DNA from: Candidatus Endomicrobiellum siamense
Lineage (GTDB): Bacteria > Elusimicrobiota > Endomicrobiia > Endomicrobiales > Endomicrobiaceae
Reading direction: 5' to 3'
NCBI GenBank assembly: GCA_031268145.1
Contig: JAIRXS010000022.1
Location: 9,574 to 73,573 of the forward strand
Length of the DNA stretch: 64,000 nucleotides
Shown one piece after another: positions 19,101 through 27,874 of the stretch. Both the position numbers and the translations under genes were made by a program. Position 1 is the stretch's first letter, and every line of letters starts with the position of its first letter. The notes beneath the pieces are model-generated. The model saw only the letters and a list, made by a program, of their open reading frames with translations. It was not told the DNA's origin and did not search any database.

Positions 19101-19624
19101 CTTCTAACTTTATATTTAGAAACACCTGCAGCTTCTTCAAATAACTCTCTTCTATCTTCAGGCTTTGCTGTAGTTAAAAAATCTACTTTTCCCTGCTCTA
19201 GTACGGAATAGCCATCTGAACCTATCCCCGTATCCAAAAACATATCTCTTATGTCTTTAAGTCTGCATTGTGTTTTATTTATAAAATATTCACTTTCACC
19301 ACTTCTAAAAAGTCTTCTTGTAACTATAACTTCAGAATAGTCTATAGGCAAAACATTCTGCGAATTATCAAAAGTAAGAGAAACTTCCGCCATGCCTGTA
19401 GTAGCCCTTGTCTGCGTACCACCAAATATAACTTCTTGCATGTTTGAACTTCTCATAGATTTAGCTCTTTGTTCACCTAAACACCAACGAATAGAGTCGG
19501 ATATATTAGATTTGCCACAACCGTTTGGCCCGATAATGCCAGAAATGCCTAGCTCAAAGTCTAAAACTGTTTTATCAGCAAAAGATTTAAATCCACATAT
19601 TTCTACTTTTTTTAAGTACATCAT
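16154..19624 (-). CDS. smc: chromosome partition protein Smc
   Basis: 1156 aa with Walker A 'GPNGCGKSN', long coiled coils, a hinge, signature 'LCSGGEKALTA' and Walker B 'FCILDEVDAPLD'. Confidence 0.95.
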   Translation of the reverse strand: MMYLKKVEICGFKSFADKTVLDFELGISGIIGPNGCGKSNISDSIRWCLGEQRAKSMRSSNMQEVIFGGTQTRATTGMAEVSLTFDNSQNVLPIDYSEVIVTRRLFRSGESEYFINKTQCRLKDIRDMFLDTGIGSDGYSVLEQGKVDFLTTAKPEDRRELFEEAAGVSKYKVRREETLRKLEKVDADMSRISDALAIHKQQITALDVAAKKTKQYKQYQEELAKYEVASLVQHISYGNKEIERLNNELDPKIKEFETTNTLMAKLEAKIQETRISLDEKNEQYVNLNRESSEIKMQIGVCDQIIQHSTNRETEIKAEQERLKQELVLSKDQISQMQEQLQNLNTDDSYLLFETEKLEKEYKQREEQYNSVKLKLSEFEKRESEIRSRLSNLESEKEAQLNLKAELSESKIHLDADISSLQRIISRLETEIEPTSNEIALLEAELASSGASLESFDKKKEEINKTVIENEEKIKALENLVLEYKETIASNQSRIATLKEFDQQDPVRASIRAVLNLGIARGPISSLIDFDADKADLIASALGEKLNYLVCETSQKTEKAITFLEENNLSRLSFIVADKITDSYQNNVVSLPLGYTELIKYLKYNSQDEKIIRFVCSNTLVCANKVYGKVVVQGGGKISFEKPVLIEEQIKTLQLQSEQLSQDILSSQSEIDQLKEDQISSKLEKERFGFESIKIKTQIEGKESQIEDKRNNIKNVSEEISKNKEEIASKTLELSSFNDRISVFETKIADYSDEENKLYEELKIIESNTFDVRKEEDLIAPLMMQARSDWDKKNSELENKQKGQQYLQDNVTNIERQITHYEDIIEKNDCKLTELTANVEQETAKIQLLYEDKANKEAQIQVSLTDKRTLQDVLDSDSQQAHVLRSKTDELNNVVNSMQVDLKNFEFQKNDLEQRLLEVYNKNYDEIKNDFNDVEVNNEEVNRIKKKMDTLGAVNLAAQEEYDALEQRYNFLLTQQQDLLKAKEDLHEVIKKINQSTVENFKKTFDVVRENFKNLYKKLFGGGEADLMLTDENNLLETGIDIYAQPAGKKLQNISLCSGGEKALTAVALLFAFFMAKPSPFCILDEVDAPLDDANVGRYNAMVKEFASKTQFLVVTHNKRTMEMVDVLYGVTMEEQGVSKIISVRINHQENKTTEIA

Positions 19625-19638
19625 GTTTACCTATAAAC

Positions 19639-19819
19639 CTTAATAGTCTTCGGGAGAAAGCCCTTCATAAGATTGTCTTAACCTTTCTTGTAACTGAACT
19701 GTCTTCTTTTTGTCATCTTTTAAAAAAGCTTGAGCGATAACAAAACAAGAACCTCCAACAACAGCAGTCAAAACAAGCTTGCCAAAAATTTCATATAAAG
19801 AATTTTTTTCTTTTAACAT
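19639..19819 (-). pseudogene. small membrane-protein ORF disrupted by a 1-nt frame problem at an A7T3 run (or a C-terminal extension of the upstream ORF behind an in-frame TAA)
   Basis: An ATG at 19819 has 'AGGAAA' 8 nt upstream but stops after 9 codons. One frame over, 57 stop-free codons encode 'KKKISLYEIFGKLVLTAVVGGSCFVIAQAFLKDDKKKTVQLQERLRQSYEGLSPEDY'. That frame is the same frame as ORF 19813..20211. Confidence 0.45.
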
Positions 19820-20211
19820 ACTTTACATTTCCTATTTTGTGATTGTAAAATAACATCACCTTTATGATCTATAAGTCTTGCAGAAATAAAATATTCTCCA
19901 GGGACAAAATCAGTCCAGTCAAACCACCAATAACCAGAATTAAATCTACAAGGCACCCATTCTCCATCATTAAACGAAAGCTCAACATATCCATCGCAAG
20001 AAGCGCCGACTCTAACAACATAATGGCAGCTATTTATATTTTCTGACTCCACTGGGTAATCTATAATAACATAAGCATTAGGATTACCTTGTAAGCTTCG
20101 CTTTTTGTCGTCTACAGATTTTAAAACTGTTTTTCTTGCTTTTGGGTTTGTTTCTTTTTTTACAGTCGCTTTTTTCAAGCTCGTTTTCTTCTTTAACGAT
20201 TTAATAACCAT
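19813..20211 (-). CDS. hypothetical protein: Lys-rich N-terminus plus small beta-rich (Ig-like?) domain
   Basis: 132-aa ORF with a basic 'KKKTSLKKATVKKETNPKARK' head followed by 'VRVGASCDGYVELSFNDGEWVPCRFNSGYWWFDW'. I recognise no family. Confidence 0.55.
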   Translation of the reverse strand: MVIKSLKKKTSLKKATVKKETNPKARKTVLKSVDDKKRSLQGNPNAYVIIDYPVESENINSCHYVVRVGASCDGYVELSFNDGEWVPCRFNSGYWWFDWTDFVPGEYFISARLIDHKGDVILQSQNRKCKVC

Positions 20212-20302
20212 TTCCTCATACCTCCGATTATATATTTGATCGTCATTATAGTATAAGGCTTAAACCTAATTAAAATTTAAGATAGTAAATTCTTATATTA
20301 AA

Positions 20303-21424
20303 TTAAAAATTATCAAAACTAACATATATAGCATACTTCTTATAAACTTTACCATTCATCATTTCTGCAGTACGACGTGTCATTATATTGTCCTCTAATA
20401 CCCAAGAAAGTTCGCAATGTTTATAACCCAACCTTAACGCATTTTTAAGACCTTTCTCATACATAATAGCTTCTATACCTTTATGCCTATATTCTTTTAC
20501 AACACCCATTACCATAAGTCTTAAACTATCTATTTTTTTTCTGTAATATAAAAACTTAAAAATTCCAAAAGGTAAAATTTTACCATCCATTTTTTTTAAA
20601 ACTTGGTTATAGTCCGGCAAAGATATAAGCATCCCAACTGCAACGCCAGATACTTTAGCTATTATTACCATTTCCGGGTCTATAAGATTTTTTAGTTTAG
20701 ACGCAATACTTTTAAACTCTTCATCACTCCAGGGAACAAAACCCCAATTTTTTTCCCAAGCGCAATTGTATATAGATATTGCCGAAGCTAAATCTTCTTT
20801 AAAAGAGCTCTTTTTTAAAGTTGCTACTTTTAAATTAGGAAGTTTCTTTTTTGCCACATTAACGACTCTTTCAAGTCTAGAAATTCTAGAATCATTTGTA
20901 ACGTCCATATCATAAGCATAAAATTCTTTTATTTTTTCCAATCCGCATTTTTGAGCAAGATTTAAATAATATTCTGGAGTATAGGGCATCATAAGACTTG
21001 GTGAAATATCAAACCCTTTCATTAAAAATCCACATTCATCGTTTGTAGACGGGTTCATGGGGCCCATCATTTTATGTATATTTTGCTCATTTAACCATTT
21101 TTTAGCACTGTCAAAAAGAACTTTGGCAACATTTACATCATCAACACACTCAAAAAAACCAAAAAACCCGCATTTATCATTTTGGAAAGATATATAGTTG
21201 TAATTAATAATAGCGGCAATTCTACCTAAAGCGTTTCCTTTTTCATCACAAACTAAAAAAAGCTGTCTTTTTGCATGCAACCAAAAAGAATTTTTCTCGC
21301 TTAAAATTTTTTTTATGTCAATTTTTAAAGGAGGTACCCAAAATTTATTATATTTATAAATTTGCCAAGGTAAATTTATAAATTGTTTTAATTGTTCTTT
21401 GTTTTTAACTTCAATTAATTCCAT
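20303..21424 (-). CDS. GNAT-fold acyltransferase-like protein (candidate N-acyltransferase; bCerS-like by context)
   Basis: 373 aa with an acyl-CoA-binding motif-A-like stretch 'VMGVVKEYRHKGIEAIMYEKG'. It is the last gene of a tightly spaced three-gene lipid-like set. Confidence 0.55.
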   Translation of the reverse strand: MELIEVKNKEQLKQFINLPWQIYKYNKFWVPPLKIDIKKILSEKNSFWLHAKRQLFLVCDEKGNALGRIAAIINYNYISFQNDKCGFFGFFECVDDVNVAKVLFDSAKKWLNEQNIHKMMGPMNPSTNDECGFLMKGFDISPSLMMPYTPEYYLNLAQKCGLEKIKEFYAYDMDVTNDSRISRLERVVNVAKKKLPNLKVATLKKSSFKEDLASAISIYNCAWEKNWGFVPWSDEEFKSIASKLKNLIDPEMVIIAKVSGVAVGMLISLPDYNQVLKKMDGKILPFGIFKFLYYRKKIDSLRLMVMGVVKEYRHKGIEAIMYEKGLKNALRLGYKHCELSWVLEDNIMTRRTAEMMNGKVYKKYAIYVSFDNF

Positions 21425-21450
21425 TCTTTTAGATATTCCTTATCAGGACA

Positions 21451-22638
21451 CTAAGCTATTATACCACATGCTTTACCAACTTTTTTAAATTTTTCTAAAA
21501 TAAAATTTAAATGGTCGTCAGTATGTGTTGCCATATAACTCGTCCTAATAATTGCTTGTCCTTCAGGAACAGCGGGCGTTACAACAGGAGACGCAAAAAC
21601 CCCTTCATCAAAAAGCATACGCCACATTTTAAATGCCATTATATCCGCACCTACAGTTAAAGGGATAATTGGAGATTCTGAGTTATTAGTATTAAAACCT
21701 AGAGATTTAAAAGCTTCTTTCATCTTTTTTGCAGTATTCATAAGCTTTACTCTTCTTTCAGGTTCTTGTTGTATTAAATCTAAAGAAGCGTCAATTGCGC
21801 CAACACAAGCAGGAGGAAGACTTGCAGTAAAAATTATTGATCTTGCATTGTGCTTTATATAATCTATAACTTCTGATCTACTTGCTATAAAACCACCTAT
21901 TGAGGCCATAGATTTAGAAGCTGTTGCCATTAAAATATCAACATCAGCCTCCATATTAAAATGCTCGCCTGTACCTCTTCCATTTGCTCCTATAACGCCT
22001 AAAGAATGTGCTTCATCTATAAAAACTCTTGCTCTATATTTTTTTGCAAGCTTTGAAATCTCTGGAAAATTCGCGATATCTCCCTCCATACTAAAAATAC
22101 CATCAACAATTATAAGCATTCCCTTATCTTTATATTTTATAAGTTGTCTTTCAAGATCATTCATATCATTATGTCTAAACCTTACCATTTGCCCAAAGGA
22201 TAAACGACATCCATCTATTATAGAAGCATGGTCTAACTTATCAGTAATAAAAACTTCACTTTTTGAAACTAGGCAAGATAATGCCCCCAAGTTTGAATGA
22301 TGCCCTGTAGTAAATAAAATTGCATTTTCTTTACCTACAAAACTTGCAAATTTTCTTTCAACCTTTTCGTGCAAATCATTTGTACCATTAAGAAGTCTGG
22401 ATCCTGTACAAGATGTGCCATAACGCTTAGCAGCGGTAGCAGAAGCTTCTATAACTTTAGGATGGTTGGCAAGCCCGAGATAATTATTAGAACAAACAAC
22501 TATTCTTTTTTCCCCTTCAACTGTAATTTCAGGACCTTGTTCTGACTCCACTCTATGGTAATATGGGTAATATCCCATTTTTTTTAGTTTATTTGCAGCA
22601 TGGAAGCTAAAACATTTTTCAAAAATATCAGACCCCAT
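21451..22638 (-). CDS. alpha-oxoamine synthase, serine palmitoyltransferase-like
   Basis: 395 aa with 'NNYLGLANHP', 'GSRLLNG', 'HASIIDG', 'DEAHSLG', PLP-lysine block 'ATASKSMASIGGF' and 'IFTASLPP'. The SKS...GGF and IFTASLPP blocks look like bacterial SPT rather than BioF/Kbl. Confidence 0.75.
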   Translation of the reverse strand: MGSDIFEKCFSFHAANKLKKMGYYPYYHRVESEQGPEITVEGEKRIVVCSNNYLGLANHPKVIEASATAAKRYGTSCTGSRLLNGTNDLHEKVERKFASFVGKENAILFTTGHHSNLGALSCLVSKSEVFITDKLDHASIIDGCRLSFGQMVRFRHNDMNDLERQLIKYKDKGMLIIVDGIFSMEGDIANFPEISKLAKKYRARVFIDEAHSLGVIGANGRGTGEHFNMEADVDILMATASKSMASIGGFIASRSEVIDYIKHNARSIIFTASLPPACVGAIDASLDLIQQEPERRVKLMNTAKKMKEAFKSLGFNTNNSESPIIPLTVGADIMAFKMWRMLFDEGVFASPVVTPAVPEGQAIIRTSYMATHTDDHLNFILEKFKKVGKACGIIA

Positions 22639-22649
22639 TCAAACGTCTC

Positions 22650-23648
22650 CTATTTAATACTTAATTTATTAAAAAAACCATTTTTTAAATACCAATTATA
22701 TGTTATTTTAGAAGCAACTTCAAGGCTAGTAAAAGACACCTTTAAGTCTTTCTCAGTTTGTTTTGTATCGCAAGACCAGTTGTCGCAAAGCAATTCATCT
22801 ATTTTTTGCTCGTTTAAAACTAAAGATTTCTTTGTTATATAACTTAACATCTTAGAGGCAAAACTTATAAGATGAAAAACAAAATCAGGGATAATAATAG
22901 GGATTGTTTTAACACCTACGCTGTTTGATATAACTTTGCCAATACCAGTCCAAGTATATTGCTTGGAATTAGCAAGATAATAAATGTTGTTATTAGAGTT
23001 TTTATTTTCTATAGACTTTACAACAGCATTTGCAACATCTTTAACATAAACTAGCTGTAGCAACCTTTTTTTAACAGTTACTGGGCGTAAATGTTTGTTT
23101 ACCAAATTAAAAAATATAAATATATCTTTATCCCTAGGACCATAAACCGCAGCTGGCCTAAAAATCGTATATAGAATTTTTCCGTTTAACATATGTTTTA
23201 TTTCAATTTCGGCGGCAAGTTTACTTCTACCGTAGTCAGAAACAGGATTTTCTTTATCTGATACTTGCCTGAGAGAATCTAAGCTTGAACATCCCTGTGC
23301 AGCTTGAGAAGAAATAAATATAAATTTTTTTAAAGCTGGATTATTTTCCAAAACAGAATTACATAAAGTTTTAGTATTTTCAACATTTACTTTAAAATAT
23401 TCTTTTTTGCTTGTAGCTCTTACAACACCAGCGCAATGAATAATAACATCAAAATCTTTAACTATAGTAGACAAAAATTTTTTATTATTTAAACTGCCAT
23501 ACAAATATTGTAAAGGTAAGTTTTTTATCCATTTTAAATTTGATGTTTTTCTAACTAAACATACAATTTTATATTTTTGCTCAATTAAATATTCAACAAT
23601 GTGACTTCCAACAAAACCATTCGCCCCTGTAACTAATATCTTCAACAT
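22650..23648 (-). CDS. NAD(P)-dependent epimerase/dehydratase-family SDR (candidate 3-keto-sphingoid/ceramide reductase)
   Basis: 332 aa with Rossmann motif 'VTGANGFVGSHIV' and catalytic 'YGRSKLAAE' (YxxxK). Confidence 0.75.
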   Translation of the reverse strand: MLKILVTGANGFVGSHIVEYLIEQKYKIVCLVRKTSNLKWIKNLPLQYLYGSLNNKKFLSTIVKDFDVIIHCAGVVRATSKKEYFKVNVENTKTLCNSVLENNPALKKFIFISSQAAQGCSSLDSLRQVSDKENPVSDYGRSKLAAEIEIKHMLNGKILYTIFRPAAVYGPRDKDIFIFFNLVNKHLRPVTVKKRLLQLVYVKDVANAVVKSIENKNSNNNIYYLANSKQYTWTGIGKVISNSVGVKTIPIIIPDFVFHLISFASKMLSYITKKSLVLNEQKIDELLCDNWSCDTKQTEKDLKVSFTSLEVASKITYNWYLKNGFFNKLSIK

Positions 23649-23658
23649 ATAACAACTC

Positions 23659-25104
23659 CTAACTTATATCTTGGCTTTGATCAAGTAATATTTTTAAGCG
23701 CTTATTTGCAGTTGCTGGAGAAGAAATAGTAGCGTTTCCACATATACATCCTCCCTGACAACACATAATTTCTATTAAATTGCCTTCCTGACATTGTTTC
23801 TCTTTAACTATTTTCTTTAAATAAGTAATAACTTCTTTATTTAAGCCATTTATTATATATGGTTTTACTACATCTTTTTTTTCTAGCGCTTTAGCTACAG
23901 CTCCAACTACACCGCCAGTAACACCAAAGTTGCGAGCCTGCTTTGAACTTTCAATATCAAAATTTTCACTTTGACAATCTTTAACTTTAATATCTTTTAC
24001 TTTAAGTAAAGCTGCAAGTTCTTGATAATTCAATACATAATCAACATTTTTATTTTCATAGGCTTCGCCTTTTTTAGCAATACAGGGGCTTAAAAAAACC
24101 GTAATCGCATCATGTAGCTCAAGTTTGACTTTTTCTGAAGTATAGTAAAGTGGCGTCTGAGTCTGTGAAACAAAAGACTTTATAGCTGGTAAATGCTTAG
24201 ATATAAATCTATTATATCCAGAACAACAAGAAGTTGTCATAAACGACATGCCATGTTTTATATGTTCTTTAAATTCTTTAGCTTCATTTTTTATAGTAAT
24301 ATCTGCACCACTTGCAACTTCATACACATCATAAAAACCTGCTTGTTTTATAGCAAATTTTAACTGATAAATACTTCCTTCAAACTGACCAGCTATAGAT
24401 GGGGCAATCAAAGCAACAACTTTTTTACCTTCTTTAATATTTTTTAAAATATCAATTACTTGACTTTTTTCACAAACAGCTCCAAAAGGACAGCTCATAA
24501 TACATTTTCCGCAAGATATACAAGTACTATAATCTATTTCAGCTGTTCCGTGTTCGTTTTTCTTTATTGCATTCACTGGGCAAGAATCTTCGCAAGGAAC
24601 TGCTATTTTAACAATAGCATTATATGGACAAGCAGAAACACACATTTTACAATTTTTACATTTTATAGAGTCTATTCTTGATCTACCATTTGTAATGCTT
24701 ATAGCATCAAATTTACAAGCGTTCTTACAAGAATTCGCCAAACAACCTTGGCATAAATCCGTTACGTAAACCCTGCTAGGAACACAGCCTTTACAAGCTT
24801 TCTCTACAACAGTAAGAGCATTCTCATTGGGTTTAGTTCTTTCTAAAGCTTTAGTTGTATAATACGACAACTCTACTATATCGTTATCATCTTCTATAGA
24901 AAATCCAAGTCCCGCAATAATCCTATCCCTTAGAATTGCTCTTTCTTTGTATATACAGCACCTATAATATACATTAAAACCTTTTGGTCTCATATTAAAA
25001 GGAATAAGCTTTACATTATTTTCAAAATTGTCCGAAAAAAAAGCTTTTATAATCCGTTCAAGAACTTCTTGCGTAAAATACATTTCTTGGTTTTTGTTGT
25101 TCAT
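23659..25104 (-). CDS. [FeFe]-hydrogenase-like protein (HydA family) with N-terminal multi-[4Fe-4S] region
   Basis: 481 aa with four Cys clusters ('CKNCKMCVSACP', 'CISCGKCIMSCP', and others). The H-cluster-like motifs are 'TTSCCSGY' (L1, Pro->Ser), 'SPCIAKKGE' (L2, Met->Ser) and 'EIMCCQGGCICG' (L3). Confidence 0.7.
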   Translation of the reverse strand: MNNKNQEMYFTQEVLERIIKAFFSDNFENNVKLIPFNMRPKGFNVYYRCCIYKERAILRDRIIAGLGFSIEDDNDIVELSYYTTKALERTKPNENALTVVEKACKGCVPSRVYVTDLCQGCLANSCKNACKFDAISITNGRSRIDSIKCKNCKMCVSACPYNAIVKIAVPCEDSCPVNAIKKNEHGTAEIDYSTCISCGKCIMSCPFGAVCEKSQVIDILKNIKEGKKVVALIAPSIAGQFEGSIYQLKFAIKQAGFYDVYEVASGADITIKNEAKEFKEHIKHGMSFMTTSCCSGYNRFISKHLPAIKSFVSQTQTPLYYTSEKVKLELHDAITVFLSPCIAKKGEAYENKNVDYVLNYQELAALLKVKDIKVKDCQSENFDIESSKQARNFGVTGGVVGAVAKALEKKDVVKPYIINGLNKEVITYLKKIVKEKQCQEGNLIEIMCCQGGCICGNATISSPATANKRLKILLDQSQDIS

Positions 25105-25156
25105 CGAAACCTTTTTTCTTTAATCAATAGTGTAATAACAAAATAATTAATTAGAA

Positions 25157-27805
25157 TTAAATGTTACCATGGTATGATTTAATTAGAATATCCCTTAAAT
25201 CTTCCATTAAAGGATATACGGGATTTGCGCCTGTACATTGGTCGTCAAAAGCTTGGTCTACCAAACTATCTAATTTATCATAAAATGCTTTTTCTTCAAC
25301 TCCGTACTCTTTTATAGAAAGAGGCAAGTTAACATCTTTTTTAAGTTTTATTATCGCATTTATTAACCGCTCTAGTTTTTCGTCGTCATTTTTTCCGCCA
25401 AGATTTAATTCGTCTGCAATTTGACCATACTTTGCTTTTGCATTAGGAAATTTATATTGCGGAAAAATTGCCTGCTTTTTTGGACGATCAGTTGCATTAT
25501 ATTTTATTACCTGATTTATAACTAAGCCATTTGCAACACCATGAGCAATACCAAATGCTGCTCCTAATTTATGTGCCAATGAATGAGAAACACCCAAAAA
25601 AGCGTTTGCAAAAGCCATGCCAGCAAGCGTTGAAGCATAATGCATTTTCTCTCTTGCAATATGATCATTTATGCCATTCTTATATGAGCGTGGAAGATAC
25701 CTAAATATCAACTTTATAGCTTCTAAAGCAGGTGAATTTGTAAAGTTTGTTGCAAGTACGGAAACATACGCCTCTATGGCATGAGTTAAAGCATCGATCC
25801 CAGAAGCAGCGCATAATCCCTTAGGCATAGAGTCTACAAAGTTTGGATCTATTATTGCCATATCTGGGGTTAGCGAATAATCTGCTATTGGATATTTTAT
25901 GTGTGTCTTATCTTCAGTAATAACAGCAAAAGGTGTAACTTCAGACCCAGTGCCAGAGGTTGTTGGAATTGCAACCATCTGCACTTTTTTTGCTAGTTCA
26001 GAAATATCACAAATTCTTTTTCTAATATCCATAAATCTCATTGCAATATCTTCAAAATCTATTTCTGGATATTCATACATCAGCCACATAATTTTTGCAG
26101 CATCTATTGGAGATCCTCCTCCAAAAGCAATAATAACATCAGGTTTATATCCCTTCATAATTATTAAAGCCTCGTCTATAGTTTTAAGAGTAGGATCTGG
26201 TTTTACATCAAAAAATATTTGATAATCAATATTTACATCTTCTAAAACTCTTGTAATATTATAAACAGCTCCCGAATCAAATAAAAATCTATCAGTTACT
26301 ATAAAAGCTCTTTTTTTACCAACAAGCTCGCGTAAAGCTAACTCTGTTGCTCCTCTTTTAAAATAAATTTTGGGAGGGACTCTAAACCACAGCATATTTT
26401 CACGTCTTTGGGCAACAGTTTTATAATTTAGTAAATGTCTGACTCCAACATTTTCACTCACAGAATTCCCTCCCCAAGAACCGCAACCAAGAGTAAGCGA
26501 CGGTTCAAGTTTAAAATTGTACAAATCCCCAATTCCGCCTTGAGATGAAGGAGTATTTATTAATATGCGTCCCGTGTGTAATTTTTTCGCAAAAATGTCA
26601 ATTCTATCTTGTTTCCTTTCGTCAGTATATAAAACAGATGTATGGCCTGCGCCTCCGAAATCCACAAGGTGATAAGCTTTTTCCACTGCATCATCAAAAT
26701 TTTCAGCTTTATAAACAGCAATTACTGGAGACAATTTTTCATAAGAAAAAACTTCATTAACCCCTATTTCTGTAACTTCACCTACAAGAATCTTTACATC
26801 TTTAGGCACGTTTATACCTGACATTTGAGCAATTTTATACGCAGACTGCCCGACTATTTTAGAATTTAATTTTCCATCGACAACAATAATTTTCGCAACT
26901 TTAGCTTTCTCATTTTTATTTAAAATATAAGCACCTCTGAAAACTAATTCATCAATAACTTTTTTATAAACATCTTTTACAATTATTATTGACTGCTCTG
27001 AAGCGCAAATCATGCCATTATCAAATGTTTTAGATATTAAAATGGAAGAAACTGCGGTTTGAATATCTGCAGTCTCATCAATAATTGCAGGAGTATTGCC
27101 AGCGCCTACGCCAAGTGCAGGTTTACCTGAAGAGTATGCAGCTTTTACCATTTGAGGACCGCCTGTCGCAAGTATTGTTGCAATATTTATGTCTGTAATA
27201 AGCAAATTTGTAAGTTCTAAGGACGGCAAGTCTAACCAACCTATAATATCTTTTGGAGCACCAGCTTTAACAGCAGCTTCCAAAACAATTCTTGCAGCCT
27301 CTATAGTAGATTTTTTAGCTCTTGGATGGGGAGAGAATATTATACCATTTCTTGTTTTTAACGTAATAAGAGATTTAAAAATCGCAGTTGATGTTGGATT
27401 GGTTGTTGGAACAATACCTGCTATAACTCCCACAGGATCTGCCAGTATTTTAATACCATTTGCAATGTCTTCTTCTATAACACCACAGGTTAAAACATTT
27501 TTATGTTTATTATATATATATTCGCTAGCAAAATGGTTTTTAATAACTTTGTCTTCAACAATCCCCATGCCAGTTTCTTCTACAGCCATCTTTGCAAGAA
27601 AAATTCTTGCTTTATTTGCAGCAATTGCAGCAGATTTAAAAATAGAATCTACTTGAGCTTGGGTAAATGTAGCATAAACTTCTTGAGCTTTTTTTACGCG
27701 AAAAATAAGCTCTTTTAAAGATTTGGAATTGTTTATAAATGATTTCTCCATATCTGGACTAGGATTAACGCCTTCAACAATTTTTTTATTTCTTGTTTTA
27801 GTCAT
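25157..27805 (-). CDS. adhE: bifunctional acetaldehyde-CoA/alcohol dehydrogenase
   Basis: The protein has an ALDH domain ('MICASEQS') plus an Fe-ADH domain ('[10 protein letters not shown]', 'HSLAHKLG'). I prefer the ATG at 27805 because 'AGGAG' lies 5 nt upstream. The ORF-track start at 27835 adds 10 aa. Confidence 0.95.
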   Translation of the reverse strand: MTKTRNKKIVEGVNPSPDMEKSFINNSKSLKELIFRVKKAQEVYATFTQAQVDSIFKSAAIAANKARIFLAKMAVEETGMGIVEDKVIKNHFASEYIYNKHKNVLTCGVIEEDIANGIKILADPVGVIAGIVPTTNPTSTAIFKSLITLKTRNGIIFSPHPRAKKSTIEAARIVLEAAVKAGAPKDIIGWLDLPSLELTNLLITDINIATILATGGPQMVKAAYSSGKPALGVGAGNTPAIIDETADIQTAVSSILISKTFDNGMICASEQSIIIVKDVYKKVIDELVFRGAYILNKNEKAKVAKIIVVDGKLNSKIVGQSAYKIAQMSGINVPKDVKILVGEVTEIGVNEVFSYEKLSPVIAVYKAENFDDAVEKAYHLVDFGGAGHTSVLYTDERKQDRIDIFAKKLHTGRILINTPSSQGGIGDLYNFKLEPSLTLGCGSWGGNSVSENVGVRHLLNYKTVAQRRENMLWFRVPPKIYFKRGATELALRELVGKKRAFIVTDRFLFDSGAVYNITRVLEDVNIDYQIFFDVKPDPTLKTIDEALIIMKGYKPDVIIAFGGGSPIDAAKIMWLMYEYPEIDFEDIAMRFMDIRKRICDISELAKKVQMVAIPTTSGTGSEVTPFAVITEDKTHIKYPIADYSLTPDMAIIDPNFVDSMPKGLCAASGIDALTHAIEAYVSVLATNFTNSPALEAIKLIFRYLPRSYKNGINDHIAREKMHYASTLAGMAFANAFLGVSHSLAHKLGAAFGIAHGVANGLVINQVIKYNATDRPKKQAIFPQYKFPNAKAKYGQIADELNLGGKNDDEKLERLINAIIKLKKDVNLPLSIKEYGVEEKAFYDKLDSLVDQAFDDQCTGANPVYPLMEDLRDILIKSYHGNI

Positions 27806-27874
27806 TTTAACTCCTATCGAATTATTAATATACAACTAATTATATATTTTTTGTTTGAAAAATGTAATACATTG

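Noticed and set aside
16154-19624. SMC as part of a Wadjet/Lamassu-type SMC-family defence system
   Set aside because: It is a full-length 1156-aa housekeeping Smc with canonical head, hinge and coiled coil. No JetABCD/LmuAB-like partners are present, and the neighbours are housekeeping genes.
19796-19819. ATG at 19819 as the start of an intact 59-aa gene
   Set aside because: A careful recount shows the ATG frame stops after 9 codons (atg tta aaa gaa aaa aat ttc ttt ata tga). The long open stretch is one frame over. It is reported as a frameshift/readthrough finding instead.
27189-27656. 155-aa plus-strand ORF (and 25899..26222, 26545..26760, 27503..27718)
   Set aside because: All lie antisense within adhE, which is continuous and motif-rich on the minus strand.
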